From the human T2T-CHM13v2.0 reference genome, Homo sapiens: 64,000 nt of DNA. Of this stretch, positions 31,021 to 47,987 are shown one piece after another. The stretch's first letter is position 1, and each line of letters begins with the position of its first letter. The notes beneath the pieces were generated by a model. It saw only the letters and a program-made list of their open reading frames with translations. It ran no database searches and was not told the origin of the DNA. The position numbers were made by a program, and so were the translations under genes. The stretch lies in the NCBI RefSeq assembly GCF_009914755.1, contig NC_060925.1; one strand, written 5' to 3'.

Positions 31021-31299
31021 GATTTCCCTTCTCCTGGAGGATGAAAGAAGGCTCTCATGAGGGTGTGATACTGCTCAACCTGAGATCTGCTGGTTAAGTA
31101 ACAGCTAAGTGAAGAGAAGGGAGTGGGCATTGCAAACAAAAGATCTGGCAATTGAAAAGATACTGAGGTGGAAAGGTACTTGATCTTTTGGAGAAACAGA
31201 GAAGGCATTGTGACTAAGAGTAAAGAATGAGGGAGAGAGGTCTAGGATGAAGCTTGAGGAGTAGGTAGGAGCTATATACATATATATATATATATAGAG

Positions 31300-31837
31300 A
31301 GAGAATTCACATACCATACAATTCACTCATTTAAGGTGTACAATGCAGTGGTTTTTAGTATATTCACAGATATGTGGAGCCATCATCACAGTAAATTACA
31401 GAACATTTTCATCATCTTAGAGAGAAATCCTGTACCCTGTAGCTATCCCCCACAATCTCCTTATTCCCCCTAGGCCTAAGCAACCACTGATCTACTTTTT
31501 GTCTATAGATTTGCTTATTTTGGACATTTTATATAAATGGAATAAAAATACAATCTTTTGTGCCTGACTTCTTTTACTTAATATAATGTTTTCAAGGTTC
31601 ATCCATATGATAGCATGTATCAGTACTTTATTCCTTTACATGGGTGAATAATATTCCATCATATAGATAATGCCACATTTTGTTTGTCCATTCATAAGTC
31701 AATGGACACTTGAGTTGTTTCCACCTTTTAGTTATTATGAATAATGTTACCACAAGCATTTGTGTAGAAGTTTTCGTGTGGACATCTGGTTTGATTTCTC
31801 TTGATTATATACCTAGGAGTAGAATTTCTGGGTCATA
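31300..31837 (-). mobile_element. L1MB-like 3' end
   Basis: Typical L1MB 3'UTR phrases (aattcacataccatacaattcactcatttaaggtgtacaat; atatacctaggagtagaatttctgggtcatatg). Confidence 0.75.
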
Positions 31838-32004
31838 TGCCACTAGAAGATTTTAAGCAAAAAGTACCATGACGTGACCTATAGTTTTTAAAGTTCTGAC
31901 TTTTAAACTCTGGCTGCAGTTTTACATATGAATTGGATGAGGAAAAATACACAAGAATGGGTGTGAGATGACCAGTAAGGAAACCACTGCAGAAGAAAGG
32001 CTCA

Positions 32005-32475
<471 letters not shown>

Positions 32476-33243
32476 TCATAGTTGAATTCAGAAGAATAAT
32501 AGGGAACTCTCAGATGACAAAAGTGAAGAGTACTCAAAAGCCAGAGTAGTTTGAGTGACCCAGGGTTGGTGTCAGACCTATATGTAGACCATAAGGTCTG
32601 GACACTCAGATTTTAATGCCGTGTGTGTAGAACGCATGGCTGTGGACCTACTAAGGCTGCAAGTTGTAACTAAGAAACTATATCAAGCTAGAAATCTCAA
32701 AGGGTTCATGAAAAGGGTACTTTGCCCATAGCTCAAAGGAGTGGCAAGGAAGGAAATCTATACAAGCGTCAGGGTAGGGCAGATGACTCACTTGTGAGAA
32801 ATTTTCACTATTCGTATAGTTTAGAAATCCCAAAAGTCAAGGATTTAATACAGAAACTGTGTCTGTACTCTTGAAACTCTGGGGCCCTGGCACAAGTAAA
32901 TTCAAAACCACCTTGAAGGAACACATCTGCAATCCAGAGTAAAAGACTGTAAACTGTAAAAACAGTTTCAACCAAAGATGAATTCACATAAAACATAAAC
33001 ACTGAAGGTCACCATGAGGGAAGAGTTCTATGACAAACTCATAGATGCAGACTAACATGTAATAAAAGTTTTAAATGCAGAAAGAAACCTCAAACTATTA
33101 TTGGAATAGGTAACAAGAATTACAGTTGACCAGCTGTATTGAAGATAGACACACGTATAGGAACAGTTTGGTAAATGAATCAGGAATGGTTTTTAAAGTA
33201 TAAGATTTTGCAAAATAGTATTATCTATATAGAATCTTGTTTA

Positions 33244-33714
<471 letters not shown>

Positions 33715-36700
33715 TCAAATATTATTGTACAATTGTTAAATGCTGTGGTAAAGATATGTATAGATTGCTATGAGAGCATAGAGGAGGGGAATCTAAATTA
33801 GATTGAATAGGGTGACAAGGAAGGCCTACCAGAGGAGGTAACTGGAGTTGAATTTTGAAAGGCAACTTTAAGTTAACTATAAGTAGTAATAGGAGGATGG
33901 TATTTGAGAGGAAACATGAGAAATTCAAGAAACAAACAAGTTCAGAATGCCTGAAGCTGGGAGAAGGTGAGGCCAGGCTAGCATATCTGAAAGTGTCTTT
34001 TGTGGAAACAGATTTAGATGAAGGAAAAAAAAAAAAGTATTCTGTGGCTAAATGAATTTGGGAACAATGGATTAAACAAAATTAAATAGGATCACTCAAA
34101 AGCCTTCTTAGGGTCATTCCTCTCTGGGGAATGGGGAGAGTGGGACATGGGAGTGGTTAGGGAATTTGCAGCATTTTCCAAATTTCTGAGTCCATCTAGT
34201 AGTTTTGTTTTTCAAAGAAACCCAAGACTGGTATTCCACTGGAGAAACTTTGGAAATTGTCAAGCTAGAGAGGTAGGCAGGAACCAAATCATGTAGATTT
34301 TTGTCTGTACTATGCTAAGAAATTTGAATTTCTAGTCTCAAAGCTATGGAATACAATTGAGGGATTTCCAGCAGGGGAATGACTTGATCAAATAAAACAT
34401 ATCATTTAAGCCTTTACAGAATTAAAGCCATTTAGTTTCTCTGGCTAGACAAGCATAAACTGAAAGAAAAAAAAATCAGATGTTTTGAAAACAGCTAAAT
34501 TTTCCTTCTGAAAGAGCATGCTGGATGCTAATTCTACTCTTGAAGCTGCAGCTTTCTCTGTAATCAGCTCATTGTGGAAGCATTTTGACTCCTACTGGGA
34601 AACCTTGATAAAAGCCTGAAGCCTGTGTTCACAGGTCCAATTTCAAACAATTAGTGAGCATTGGGATAAATGGGGCTTTAAAACTGGCCACAGCAAGACC
34701 AAAGTAGTAGAAGGTTCTCTCTCAGAAATAATCTCCATTTGCAGTGTAATTAAAGCACTTCAGTTGGGGAGTGGGTTTTACCATTAAATTGCACAGCTGG
34801 CTCTCCTTTTCTGAGAATGTTTTATCTTAAGAGGGGATAAGTGGGTATGTGCATACCAATTGGCCAATGATCAGTCTCAGCTTTACACCCTTGTGCTAAC
34901 AGTTCTTTACTCAGTTTAACTACAGATATGTTGCTAAATGAGCAAAGCTAGATATAAAAGAATACATTATGATGCCAAATAGTAATAAACATGGAAATGT
35001 TAATATTGGATTTTTGGGTGTATTATGGATACTTTTTATTTTTATTTTTTCTGTATTTTCCAAAGTTCCAGAATGATAAAGGATTACTGTTATTATGGGG
35101 CAGAGGGAGCAGGAGGGCATGAAGGAATATTAATTATAGGGACAACAGTCTTTCTTATAATGTAAGTCTGTGAAGAAGGCTGTGATCGTTGAAGAGTAAA
35201 TATAATAGAGATTCAAGGTTTGCAGGATTCTAGATAATTTATGGTTTTGCATACACAGTACAGAACTTGTAAAACAGTTTATTCCTTTTTGAGAAGGGCA
35301 TAATCTTGGATTTGTGAAGTTCCTTTTTTTCCCCCCTGAAAAGCTCAAGTGTGCTTGAATGTATTCTCTTTATAAGATGGAAAGGAATAGAACAATATGC
35401 TCCCTATTTTACAAATGGGAATGCTGAGGCCCTAAGAGCATAGAGTCATTTGCTTAATATGACACTCTGAGTCAGAGGCACAGTAGAGACCATCACCTAG
35501 GCCTTCTTTTCCTCCTCATTGAATTCACTGACCATTTCTTCTATTGAATTTAAGTATTATCCATTCAGAATAAAGGTTTTGACTCAGGGGCCAGTCCACA
35601 GCTCAGAATGCAACAGTCTCTATCTTTAGGGCTTTCTGATAACTGCCATTCAGTCTTTGGATTGCTTGTGAGAACTATAGAAACCAACAAGGTCATCTGA
35701 TTATAAAGGGACTGATTTGACAGGACAGAAATGGCAAGTGGCAAGCTGTTGGCAGATAGCTCTGCAGAAATACCAGGGCCAGGCAGCAGCTGTCACAATA
35801 GGGTAGTGGTTGGGTTCATTTTCCAAAGCTCCAAGTTTTCCTTAGCAACAAAATGTAAACAATTCCCATTGCTAATATTAGAGTCTAATAGTGTCTGACT
35901 TTGATTCTTTTGTTTTTCCTTTAGCTTTTTCTCTCTCACCCAACCCTGAATTTTACCTCTTTTTTAATTGTGCTCTTTCTTTTCTTTGTAGAAATGGTTA
36001 AAAATAGTTTTTCTCCACAATAAGCTAAAATTGTCTTTCCCAAATAGCTCACATTACATATGACTCTGCTTTGCTTGGTCAAGATACAGTGAGTACTGGC
36101 TGAGTCATATATACCACACTTATGGACCTTCTTCAGTCCCTTGGGGTCTTTATAAGCTAGGTAGTTATACCTACTAATGTGAAGCTGTCAGCAGATTAAT
36201 TTGGCATCATCTTTGGAATGTTCAAAATTTAAACCAAGAATTTAAACTCTGAGTTATGGTTTTTAAAAGTCATTTGATTTGTTCCCCTGTGTCCAAGCTA
36301 AAGACTGGCAGTTGTCAATTCAAAAAGGTACTCAAAGAGGTTCCACAAACGACTCCAATCTTTCTCCAGTTTTGTTCTAAAGTGATTAGTTATCTAAAAG
36401 TCTGCGGCCATGCTGCCATTACCAAGTTTTTTCTCTACTGATAGAAATAAGCTCTCTCTTCCTAAGTATGAATATTGAACAAGAAGAGAGTGAAACATAT
36501 GTAGCAGTGGGTACATTTTCTACTATATTACAATTCTGGAGGTCTCTGGATTGCTTATAGAATTAGGATTATGCTGTGGGACTCTGAACAATTCTGGAAT
36601 AGAAAGAAAAAAGGTGATTCTTTTAGTGCTTTGGCCCTAATCCTTAGGTAGCAAAATGACAAGAGGCTTCACCAGGCTGAATATGCCTTACAAACAAACT

Positions 36701-36869
36701 GCTTTCAGTGTCATATGGCACCTCTATGTAATTTTTTTTCAGAATATGTCTCTTTGAAATAATAGTGATGATATGTTGCTGCCTGAGAGATGAGGCTACC
36801 CCTAGATAACTGTGAATGGCTAGACTTAGTGGGAAATGCACAGGATTGATTTAAGAGTTCCAGTTCAAA

Positions 36870-37003
36870 TGGGGCATGGTGGCTGACACCTGTAATCCCA
36901 GCTACTTGAGAGGCTGAGGCAGAAGGATCACTTGATGCCAGGAGCTCAAGACCAGCCTGGGCAATATAGTGAGATCCCCATCTCTTTAAAAAAAAAAAAA
37001 AAA
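36870..37003 (+). mobile_element. Alu monomer
   Basis: Single arm with A tail. Confidence 0.8.
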
Positions 37004-37979
37004 GAATAGTCCAGTTCGGCCTTTTATATGTGTGATTTTGGTTAAATAAATCAAGTTCCGTTTCTGACTCTTTCCTCATATGTAAAAAAGGGATAATGCT
37101 TACCTTGTTTGCATGTATTTGAGGATTAGAAATAATTTACGAGTAACCTAGATTTTCCCAAATCTATCTCATGGAGCTATTGTGAGGATCAAATGAGACA
37201 GACTATGTGAAAGTGTTTTGCAAACTACAAAACAATTTAGAGATATATATGACAATTATTTATGTCATTACCAGTGAAATGCTTTTTTGACTTTCATTAA
37301 GATCCATTCCTAGCTTTTCCAGAGCTAATACATTTGGAAATAAGATCCACCCTAAAATGCTAAATATTAATACCATTTTAGATTTTAGGGATGTTTAATT
37401 TTTAAACCCTACATGCTATAGGGATTCCATATCTCAAGTTTAGGAGACTTAATTTTTAAATTTAAGCTCACTTGTCCTGCCTCTGATGTCCTTACCAATT
37501 ATTTATAATGTTATACATTATTTTCTGCAGCCCTAAGGGAAAATCTCCATTGTGGTGACAAAGTAAGTGGCAGCCATACACAGGTACCTTCTTATGCCTT
37601 TTCTCCCCTCACCAAGCAGTGTCCAGGAATCTAAGCATTTGAACATTTATATGAGGCAAGAGCTAGTGAGCTGAATGTGATAATGGTAGCAGTTGACCCT
37701 TGCAGGAAAGTTTGAGCCTGGGCCTCCTATCCCAGTGATATTCTTTATGCTAAAAATATTAGTAATTCCCTCCCACAGATTCCTTTCCTGCCTAAGTGAG
37801 GTCAATTTCTGTTGTTTTGCAAACAAGTACACTCAATACTATGCAGTAGTGGATATTTTTGATACTAAGGTGAGCATGTTTTAAAATCGGTTATAGTGAC
37901 GATTGCATAAATCTGAATATACTAAAAATCTTTAAATGGTACACCTAATGGGCATGTGAATTATGTCTCAATAAAGCTG

Positions 37980-38891
37980 TTTAAAAATAACATTAGTACT
38001 GTTAATCTCCACCAAACAGTTCTGGGAAGGGAGGCCTAGATGGTGTCTACTAAGAGTTAAAGCAATGAGATTTAGAGCCTTGAATAAAAGAGTCTATTTT
38101 CTTTTTTCCGTATTTCTGTTGCTAAACACGGCTGTTGCCAACACCATCTCACTTCATTTTCCAGAGATAAGGGCATTTGTCATGCGTTTCTCAGCCCACC
38201 ACTTAACAGTTCAGGAGTGGAAGCTTAAAGTGTTTCCCCCTCCCCCTCAGGACACGTGCATTTAGAAGAAAGGACAAGAATCCATTTCCTTATGTAGCAG
38301 AACCTCTGATAGTTCTATCCCAGTTCCCAGCCACTTCAGAGTGAAGACAGTCACCCAACACCTGCTACTAAAAGCCCTTATCAGCCATGTTTTTGCGGTT
38401 AATCTCCTTCTGATAAAGTGGTTCATTTTTCAGAGCTGTGAATATTGGTGACATGTAGGAGGGACCAAAATTTTCAGCCCTCATTCAACCCTCCCTTGTT
38501 TTTTATCAGTTGATTTTCCCATGTTAGAAAAGGACAGTTGCTGGTACAATCTCATAAAATGGGCTCCAGTGTTTAGAGAAGGACAGTCAGAGGAGTGGCC
38601 ACCTGTTTGTTGAAAATTGGGCTTCTGGGAAAGTTGCTGCACAAGTGTGTGGCAAGGTGTGTCTGAGGTAGCTTGACCTGCTTTCACCTGGAATGATTTG
38701 ATCTGGCAATAGAGTTCCTTGCCATTCCTGGTTTTATGGAAATCAGAGGCACAGGAAGTTGATCTGGGTGTTCTGGGGAATTGAGACAAGCCTCTGCCAT
38801 AGTTTGTTAGTACTCTGTGTTTGGAGGCTAACTCCAGTGTGCTGAGTTGAGACATCAGCAAGTGCTGGGCCTGGAATGTCAGAAGCAGCAG
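37980..38891 (+). promoter_or_regulatory. PPP1R12B: Candidate cardiac intronic promoter and first exon (small-subunit HS-M21-type transcript)
   Basis: No recognisable repeat; GATA sites at 38165, 38378, 38411, 38503; NKX2-5 CCACTTAA 38199 and CCACTTCA 38331; T-box AACACCT ~38357 and AGGTGTG 38655; MEF2-like TTAAAAATAA 37981; donor CAG|gtaaaa at 38891/38892. Confidence 0.55.
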
Positions 38892-41800
38892 GTAAAATTT
38901 CTTTGTTTGATAGCTTTAATGTCCTAGATGCATGTTTCTTTGGGAAACTGGCTTGGTTGCATACTTTGATTTGGTGGTATGGTTGGGGAAGTGGGAGAAG
39001 GCAAGTGGTAAGAATAAGATATAACCAGTTTGGAACTTCTCTAGTGTTTCTTCACATTACTAATGAATTTAAACATGTGCACTGACTTATAAACATCAGA
39101 CCCAAAAGATTAGAGTAGCAGAGGACAATTAAGAGTTTCAAGAAGTAGAAACATGCTTCTCTTTTAAAGAAGAAACTGGAATTGGCACTGTTATTCTTAA
39201 GTTGGATAGTAAGACACAGGTGATGGTTTATTATTCTTTATATCTTTTTTGTTTGCCTTAAATATTATATATGTTTTAAATAAGTAAAACAGAAAAAAGT
39301 ATTGTTGGATATTTAGGGCAATTACAGAAAGAAGCTCATTTACATAGGTGAAGGGGCAGATTGCAACTTGAGTTGGCCTTTGAAATTATAAAATGAAGAG
39401 ACTAGTTCAATCAGGTATGGGTAAAAGTTATTTACTTACTACACACTCTACAATCAGATTGAATATTAATGGAAGTTAATGTTTTTCCATGTGTATAAGA
39501 TGAGAAGTTTCCTAGTTGATCTTGTTCAGAGGACCAATTTCTGGACAGAATACAAACACATGCTGAATCAGGCAATATAGAAAATCCTGCTGATCGTTAG
39601 TCATTTTAGTTCTGTAGAGAGAGCACTCACCAAACTCTGAATTCAGCCTACCCAGGACTATACTTTTCTCTCTATTTTTCTTATCCCTTTCTCTCAACTC
39701 TTCTTCCTGGTAATTGCGTCACTTTACTCAGGTAGAAAGATTAGGCCTATTTCCTGTACATTTTACTTTCATGACCCTCTTCCTTTGTCCATGCGTGACC
39801 TTCTTTCTAGAATAGTTTTTTCTCACCTTCTTTGCTTAACAAAATTGTATTCATACTGTAAGAACTCCTGCAAATTAAAACCCACTACTGACTACCCTGC
39901 TACACCTGAGCCCCAGGCTAAAACTAGTATTCTGTCTTCAGTGTTCTTTTTTTGTAACACTGTCTTAGGATTGGTTTACTAATTAATTAAATGGTATGTT
40001 GTTGCTTTTCATTACTACATTCTGAGCTTCTTTAGGGTGCTTTTAATTGGGTTTTCTTCACAGAGCCTAATACATAGTAGATGATGGGTAAATGTTTATT
40101 GAATAAAATTATTTCTCAAATGAAAATAAGCCCATGTGTAGTGATCTTCTATGCCCATAAGATGGCAGCAGAAGAATGTCTATTGATCTACTTGAGTGTG
40201 AAGCTAGCAAAGACCGTTTTGTGTTTGGATGAGTTCGCAGATGAGCCTTTCTATCCCATTCCATTTAAGTGTTTTAATATAGGGAATGCAGATTTTTTTT
40301 GGCACATGAAGGCCCTTTGTGCACTTTCACCCTGGCACTTCTTCACACAAGAGCGACAGGTACAAGGTATAAAGCTCCCTGGATTGCAAGAGAGGATACC
40401 TAGTTTACTCTCCAGCTAAGCCCACAATTTATGCCTTCTCAGGCAAGCCATTTAACTTCTCTTGTTCAGTTTCTTACTCAGCTAATTGGTGGAGTTAGGA
40501 GATCTATAGGGAATATTAGATTATAAAATAATAGCATTCTAAGTCATCAGTGACTGCCTTAGTTGTGTGCTCAATATTGTGTTAAAAACTGTATGATAAA
40601 AAAGGGACATGCCCAAGTGCTCTCATGATCCAAGACATCAAATGTACACATAGTAAGGCATGAGTGTATATTAAGGAATAATATGTCCTTGAGAGCAAAA
40701 TTGTGTTTAGGTAGGTATATTAAGAGTTCAGAGAAGATGAATGGTATAGGATGGAGTAGTCAGAAGGGGCTTCGTGGAGCCAGAGGAGATTGAGTTGGCC
40801 TTTAAGTATATGAAAGGTTTAAATGCTGTAAGAGAATTAATGTTTTTGAAAACTTACTATAAGCCAAGTACCCTGCTAGATGCATTTAATCTTTGTAACT
40901 TTGTCAGATAAGTAATATTCTTTTCTTAATTCACGTAAGAGAATGCATTGAGGCTCAGCTAGGTTAAGGAATCTGTCCACAGTCACAGAATTTGTAATGA
41001 AAAGCCAGAATTCAAAACGAGGTATTTTGGACTTTGAGGCCCATGCTTGCTCTTCTACACCTCCAAGAAAATGTGTCCAAGGGGTCAGTCTTCACTGGAT
41101 ATTTGTATACCATGAGCTTGGCAATATAAGCACAATGGTTAGAATCTCTTGATATTTATTTGAAGGGAAAGTAGAACTTCTAGGAAATGAGTCTTTGTAT
41201 AGGGAAATATCACTTCTGAAAGTGAAGCAAATTGAAAACTTGCTAGCCTCTCTGAAATCTAGATGGGAAATAGGGTTTTTTTGTTTTTATTTTTGATTTG
41301 AGAACCAAATGAGAGGTTGTCTTATGGGTCATCTGGCTGTCCAGGGTTGGCTGAGGTTGCTGAATATAAGAAGCTTATCTTTGGGAGAGTTCCAGAGCCT
41401 TGGGCAGGCATATTTCTATTTTAAGAAGTATTTTTAAAAATGGAATTGGCTGACAGCAATTACCTGAAGGCTTGTTTCTGATTCTTCTTTAAACAGTGAT
41501 TTTTCTTCCTCTTCCTCAGAGTCTCTTAAATAATACTGGATAGTATACTGACCTAGCTTTTAAACTTATTTTTTCTAAGGAAATCTAGTCTTCTAACCTG
41601 ATAAAGGGAACTAGAGTATGATTCACAGTCCTTGCGCACTTGTGCTGAAAATGGCTCATTAATCATTGACGTGTAAATAAAATATAGTAATAGCTCAAGA
41701 ATCCTTTGAGAACTAAATTTCTTTATAATGAAACTGACAGTGTTTAATAGAACACTTAGCATACAAAATTCATAAACATTGGGAAGCAAAACTGCAAGTT

Positions 41801-43011
41801 TAGCTCTATCTATTACAAAAATACACCTGCACAATGATTTTATTTGTCCTTGACAGTTGTTTATTTTTCCTGTCGTAATAGGATTCACCTTTGTCCCTGC
41901 ACTGCTCTCTAGGGTTACCATGTCTCACTCTTCCCTTCACTGTTAGTCTTGAAACAGTCTTCCAATTTCACTTTATCCATTTCCTGGCCTTCTATTCATT
42001 GTTCAACATATTGAAATAGAAATTCTGCCCCACCCCCCAATCCAGTGAATTTTTTCTGGCAAAGGGCCCTGTAAACTTCCTAATTACTAAATTCCTTAGT
42101 CACTTCATCTTTTACCTTGAATCCTGGCAGTAATTTATAATGTTGACTATTGCCTTCCTAAATTTTTATTCTACCATAACCTCTCTGATATTATTCTTTC
42201 CTGGCTCACTTCTACCTTTTCTGATTGCTCCTTCTTTGTGTTCTTTTTAGCCCTTTTTTTTTTCTGTAAACACCTTAGGCATTGTTCCTTAGGCTTCCTT
42301 CTTTTCTCTCCTTAGGACTCTCCCTAGCTGACCTCATCCATTCTGATTGCTGCAGCTAGCACTCAGATCTCTCTCTCCAGCTCAAACTTCTTTGCAGAAG
42401 TTCATTGTACTACATGTAAAGGACTTACTTAGGACAGTGCCTAACTTCATGTAGGCACTCCATAACAATAGCCATTTCTGGCTGTTACTTTATCTCCTTA
42501 TTTCTTATTTCCTTTATTTATCTATTTAAAGTATTGTTATAGGCATGTATTTCTGTAAGAATTCTCAAGTCCTCTTTAGAAAGAGGGAATAAGCCAACAG
42601 GTAAACCAAATCTTTCTTTCCTCTAGCCTTAAAAAGGCAAGAGAAAGTCTTTGTTCTCACTTTTTTTTTTAGAAATCTCTGCTAATTGTCTTACATGTCA
42701 CCCAACTGAGAACTTGGAAATCAAACTAGAAGGCTTTTCATTCTTTACTTCTCATATTTAGTCTGTCACCAAGTCTTGTCTGTCATTCTCCTTAAGAATC
42801 CTTCAATTCCATCTTCTCCTCTCTTTCTGTTAACTCAGGCCCTCCTAACTGGGCCTTCCTCTCCCCTGCCCCACCCACCATTCCACCATCTACAGTGCAG
42901 CATTAGTGATCTTTCTTATATGCAAATCTCATCCAATCACTGACTCCTGCTTAAAATCTGAGAATGGTCCTGCAAGCAATGCTGTCCTCCCTTGTTTTGT
43001 AGGATGTCTCT

Positions 43012-44290
<1,279 letters not shown>

Positions 44291-44465
44291 TCATCCCCTT
44301 GCAACATTTTATTCCTGATACTCCTCAGATTTCCTCTCCAGAGCTATCTCTTTGTGGCAATTTTTGTCTTAAATTTTAATTATCAGTACTTAATATGTCC
44401 AGCTCCCTTACAAGATCTTGCTTCAGAACAGAGCATTTGGAATAGGTAAAGAAGGGTAAAGTGGT

Positions 44466-44737
44466 GGCTGGGCACGGTGGCTCATGCCTGTAATCCCAGC
44501 ACTTTGGGAGGCTGAGGCGGGCGGATCACCTGAGGTCAGGAGTTCAAGACCAGCCTGGCCAACATGGTGAAATCCTGTCTCTACTAAAATACAAAAAATT
44601 AGCCAGGCATGGTGGCGCTTGCCTGTAGTCCTAGCTACTTGAGAGGCTGAGTCATTTGAAACCAGGAAGCAGAGGTTGCAGTGACCACTGCACTCCAGCC
44701 TGGGTGACAGAGCAAGATTCTGTCTCAAAAAAAAGAA
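44466..44737 (+). mobile_element. AluSx
   Basis: Dimer with small right-arm deletions. Confidence 0.9.
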
Positions 44738-45177
44738 AGGGAAGGTAAAATGGGAAACTGGTTGAATAGAATGAACAAAATGAGCACATGAACCAGTACA
44801 CTATTGACCAAACTTTAAAAATGGTAAATAAATATGTAGGGAATTAGGGTCAACTCTAAAACAAAACTGAATAGCTCAGATTCTGAATTTCATCCATAAC
44901 CTTAATTCAGTTCAATAATTGTTTTAGAGTACCTAATAAAGGGTAGGCACAATGCTAAATTTTAATGATGTAATGATAAAGTGTAGTCCCTACCTTCCTA
45001 GAACTTCGAGAATGGTGGTTAGTTGTGGGTAGAATAGCACTTTTTTTTGTTATAATCTACAGTTTAGTATAGTGGCCAACATCTGACTTAATGAGCTAAG
45101 GCAGTTGTTGGTTTACATATTACTTTCTAGTGTGAGAAAATGTCAATGTGTTTCTTCAACAGTGAGTTTTAAAAATA

Positions 45178-45285
45178 ACTATTGGGTACTAGGCTTAGTA
45201 CCTGGGTGATGAAATAATCTGTACAACAAACTCTGTGACATGAGTTTACCTATATAAATAAATAAAAAATAGAAGTTAAAAAAAA
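45178..45285 (+). mobile_element. Short old L1PA 3'-end fragment
   Basis: ctattgggtactaggcttagtacctgggtgatgaaataatctgtacaacaaac followed by an A-rich tail. Confidence 0.7.
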
Positions 45286-46405
45286 TTTTCCTTATGCTAG
45301 GACTGGGGTGACTACCAAGTAGCATGAGTGAGTTTTGGAGGGTGACAGAATTGTTCTGTATCTTGATTACAGTGACGGTTATGAGACTTTATGCATTTGT
45401 CAAAATTCGAACTCACAGACCTATTTGCTAAAAAGGGCAAATTTTACCATATGTAAACTTACCTCAGGAAACCTGACTCAAAAAAGAAAAAAAAATATGC
45501 CACCGAGTCTTAGAGGAATTTGATTCATCTGCAAAGTAGGGTAATTGGAAATTGAAAATAATGGACTTATTTTAGAGGCTTTCTCTGAAGATAAATCTAA
45601 TTTAGGTCTTTTAGGGAGTTCTTTCTTTCTAGATCCTTTCCTTCATAATCTGAGCTAATGGAAAGTTCAGAAATCCCTGAAATTGCTAGCCAAATTTTGT
45701 GTATACGTAAGTGCTTTTTTAGGGGTAGGAGATTACATTTCTTATCTGATTGTTAAAGATGGGTTAGATTTCAATAAAGGTTAAGAACCGCAGGTTTAAG
45801 AGCTTTTCTGCTTCCCCAGATACCCCCTTTTTCCCCATTGGAGGCCATCCTAGTGATTACAGGAGCTGGAGACCGATTTCTAGGAGTTGGTGAGAGTAGA
45901 CGAGTCTGTGAATCTACTGGTCGTAATACAGAGAGTCCACCTATGCTAACACAGTTCTTTTCCTGATTGCCTACTTACGCAAGCTAGAACTCCTTTTTCT
46001 ACCACTTCTGACCTCTATTCTCTCTCTGCCCCCTATGGCGGACCAATTTTTTTCTGGCATATTTAGCTTCCTTTAGTATTTAGCATATACTGAGGAGTAC
46101 CTGTGCTTTCTATATCACTATGAACTATGGTAATAAAAAAAAGTGTGAAATACAAATACATCTCTTTTATGTATATCTTACTGTTTGGAACAGTCCTTTA
46201 AATATGAATGATCATTTTTCAAAGTTAAAAGTTTCTAACCTTAACTTTTAAAAAGTTTACAAAATTTCCCACAGTAACTGTATTTTAAATAGAAAATAAA
46301 AATTGCCCGTATTCTCACCATCAGCAGTATCACTGCTAACATCTTTATATATTTTATTTATTTTGAGATCATGCTATATATGGTTTTTTCTTTTAAAAGA
46401 TTATT

Positions 46406-46714
46406 GGCCAGGTGCAGTGGCTTATGCCTATAATACTAGCACTTTGGGAGGCAGAGGTGGGACGATCACTTGCACTCAGGAGTTCAAGACAAGCCTAGGC
46501 AACATAGTGAGACCTCATCTCTACAGAGAATTATAAAGAAAAAAAAATTTTAGCCAGGCCTGGGAGCCTGTGCCTGTAATCCCAGCTACTCAAGTGGCTG
46601 ATGTGGGAGGATCACTTGAGCCCAGGAGGTCGAGGCTGTAGTGAGCTATGATCATGCCAGCTGTACTCCAGCCTGGGTGGCAGAGCAAGACCTCATCTCA
46701 AAAAAAAAAAAAAA
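46406..46714 (+). mobile_element. AluJ
   Basis: Full dimer. Confidence 0.9.
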
Positions 46715-47590
46715 ATGAAAACAAAAAGTTACCAAATATCACAAACACCCAATCTCTCCATCTTCTGGTCTGATCAAATCCCAATATTTTGCCATATTTG
46801 CTTCAGTTATTAAGAATAAAATATAGCTAAGCTCCTGTGTATCTCTCCTCAGTCTCATCTCTTGACTCTCTGCCTAAAATTAATCACTATCCTGAATTTG
46901 CTATTTATCATTCTCAAATTTTTATCACTATTATTTTTCATTTGCATACTTATATAATTCTTTCACATGTTTTAATACTTTATATAAATGGTATAACCTG
47001 CACACATCATTCTGAAACTTGCTCTTGTCACTTAGCATTCTGTTTGTTCATTCTAAATGTTTATTTTAGTCCATTGTACAATTATACCACAGTTTGTTTT
47101 TGTTTTTTTCCTGTGCTGATGGACATTTAGGTATTTAGGTCTTTTTTTTTTTTCTTCCCCTAATACTAATGATGCTGCTGTTTACATTCTTGTTCATGTT
47201 TCTTACACAAACGTGCAAGAGTTTCTCAACAGTATTTATTTCCAAATGGAATTTCCGGGTCTATAGGGTAAGTGCATCTTCACTGGACACTGCCTGATTG
47301 CTCTCCTCTTTACTCTCACCAGCAATGTACGTGAGTTTCTCATTCTTTTCAACTAGGTTAGACTTAAAATGTTTTTTTTTTTTTTTTTGCTGCTACTGCT
47401 TTTTTGGTAATCTAAGGAAGATGAAATCATTTCTCATTTTAATTTGCATTTTTTTTATTACTAGTGAAACAACATTTTCTCTTATGTTTATATGCTTTTC
47501 TGGTTTCCTTTTTTGTGAATTCCTGATTATGTATTTTGTTGATTTTGTTGTTGTCATTAGGTTGGTTCTTTTTTAAAAAATGGGTAAAAG

Positions 47591-47987
<397 letters not shown>

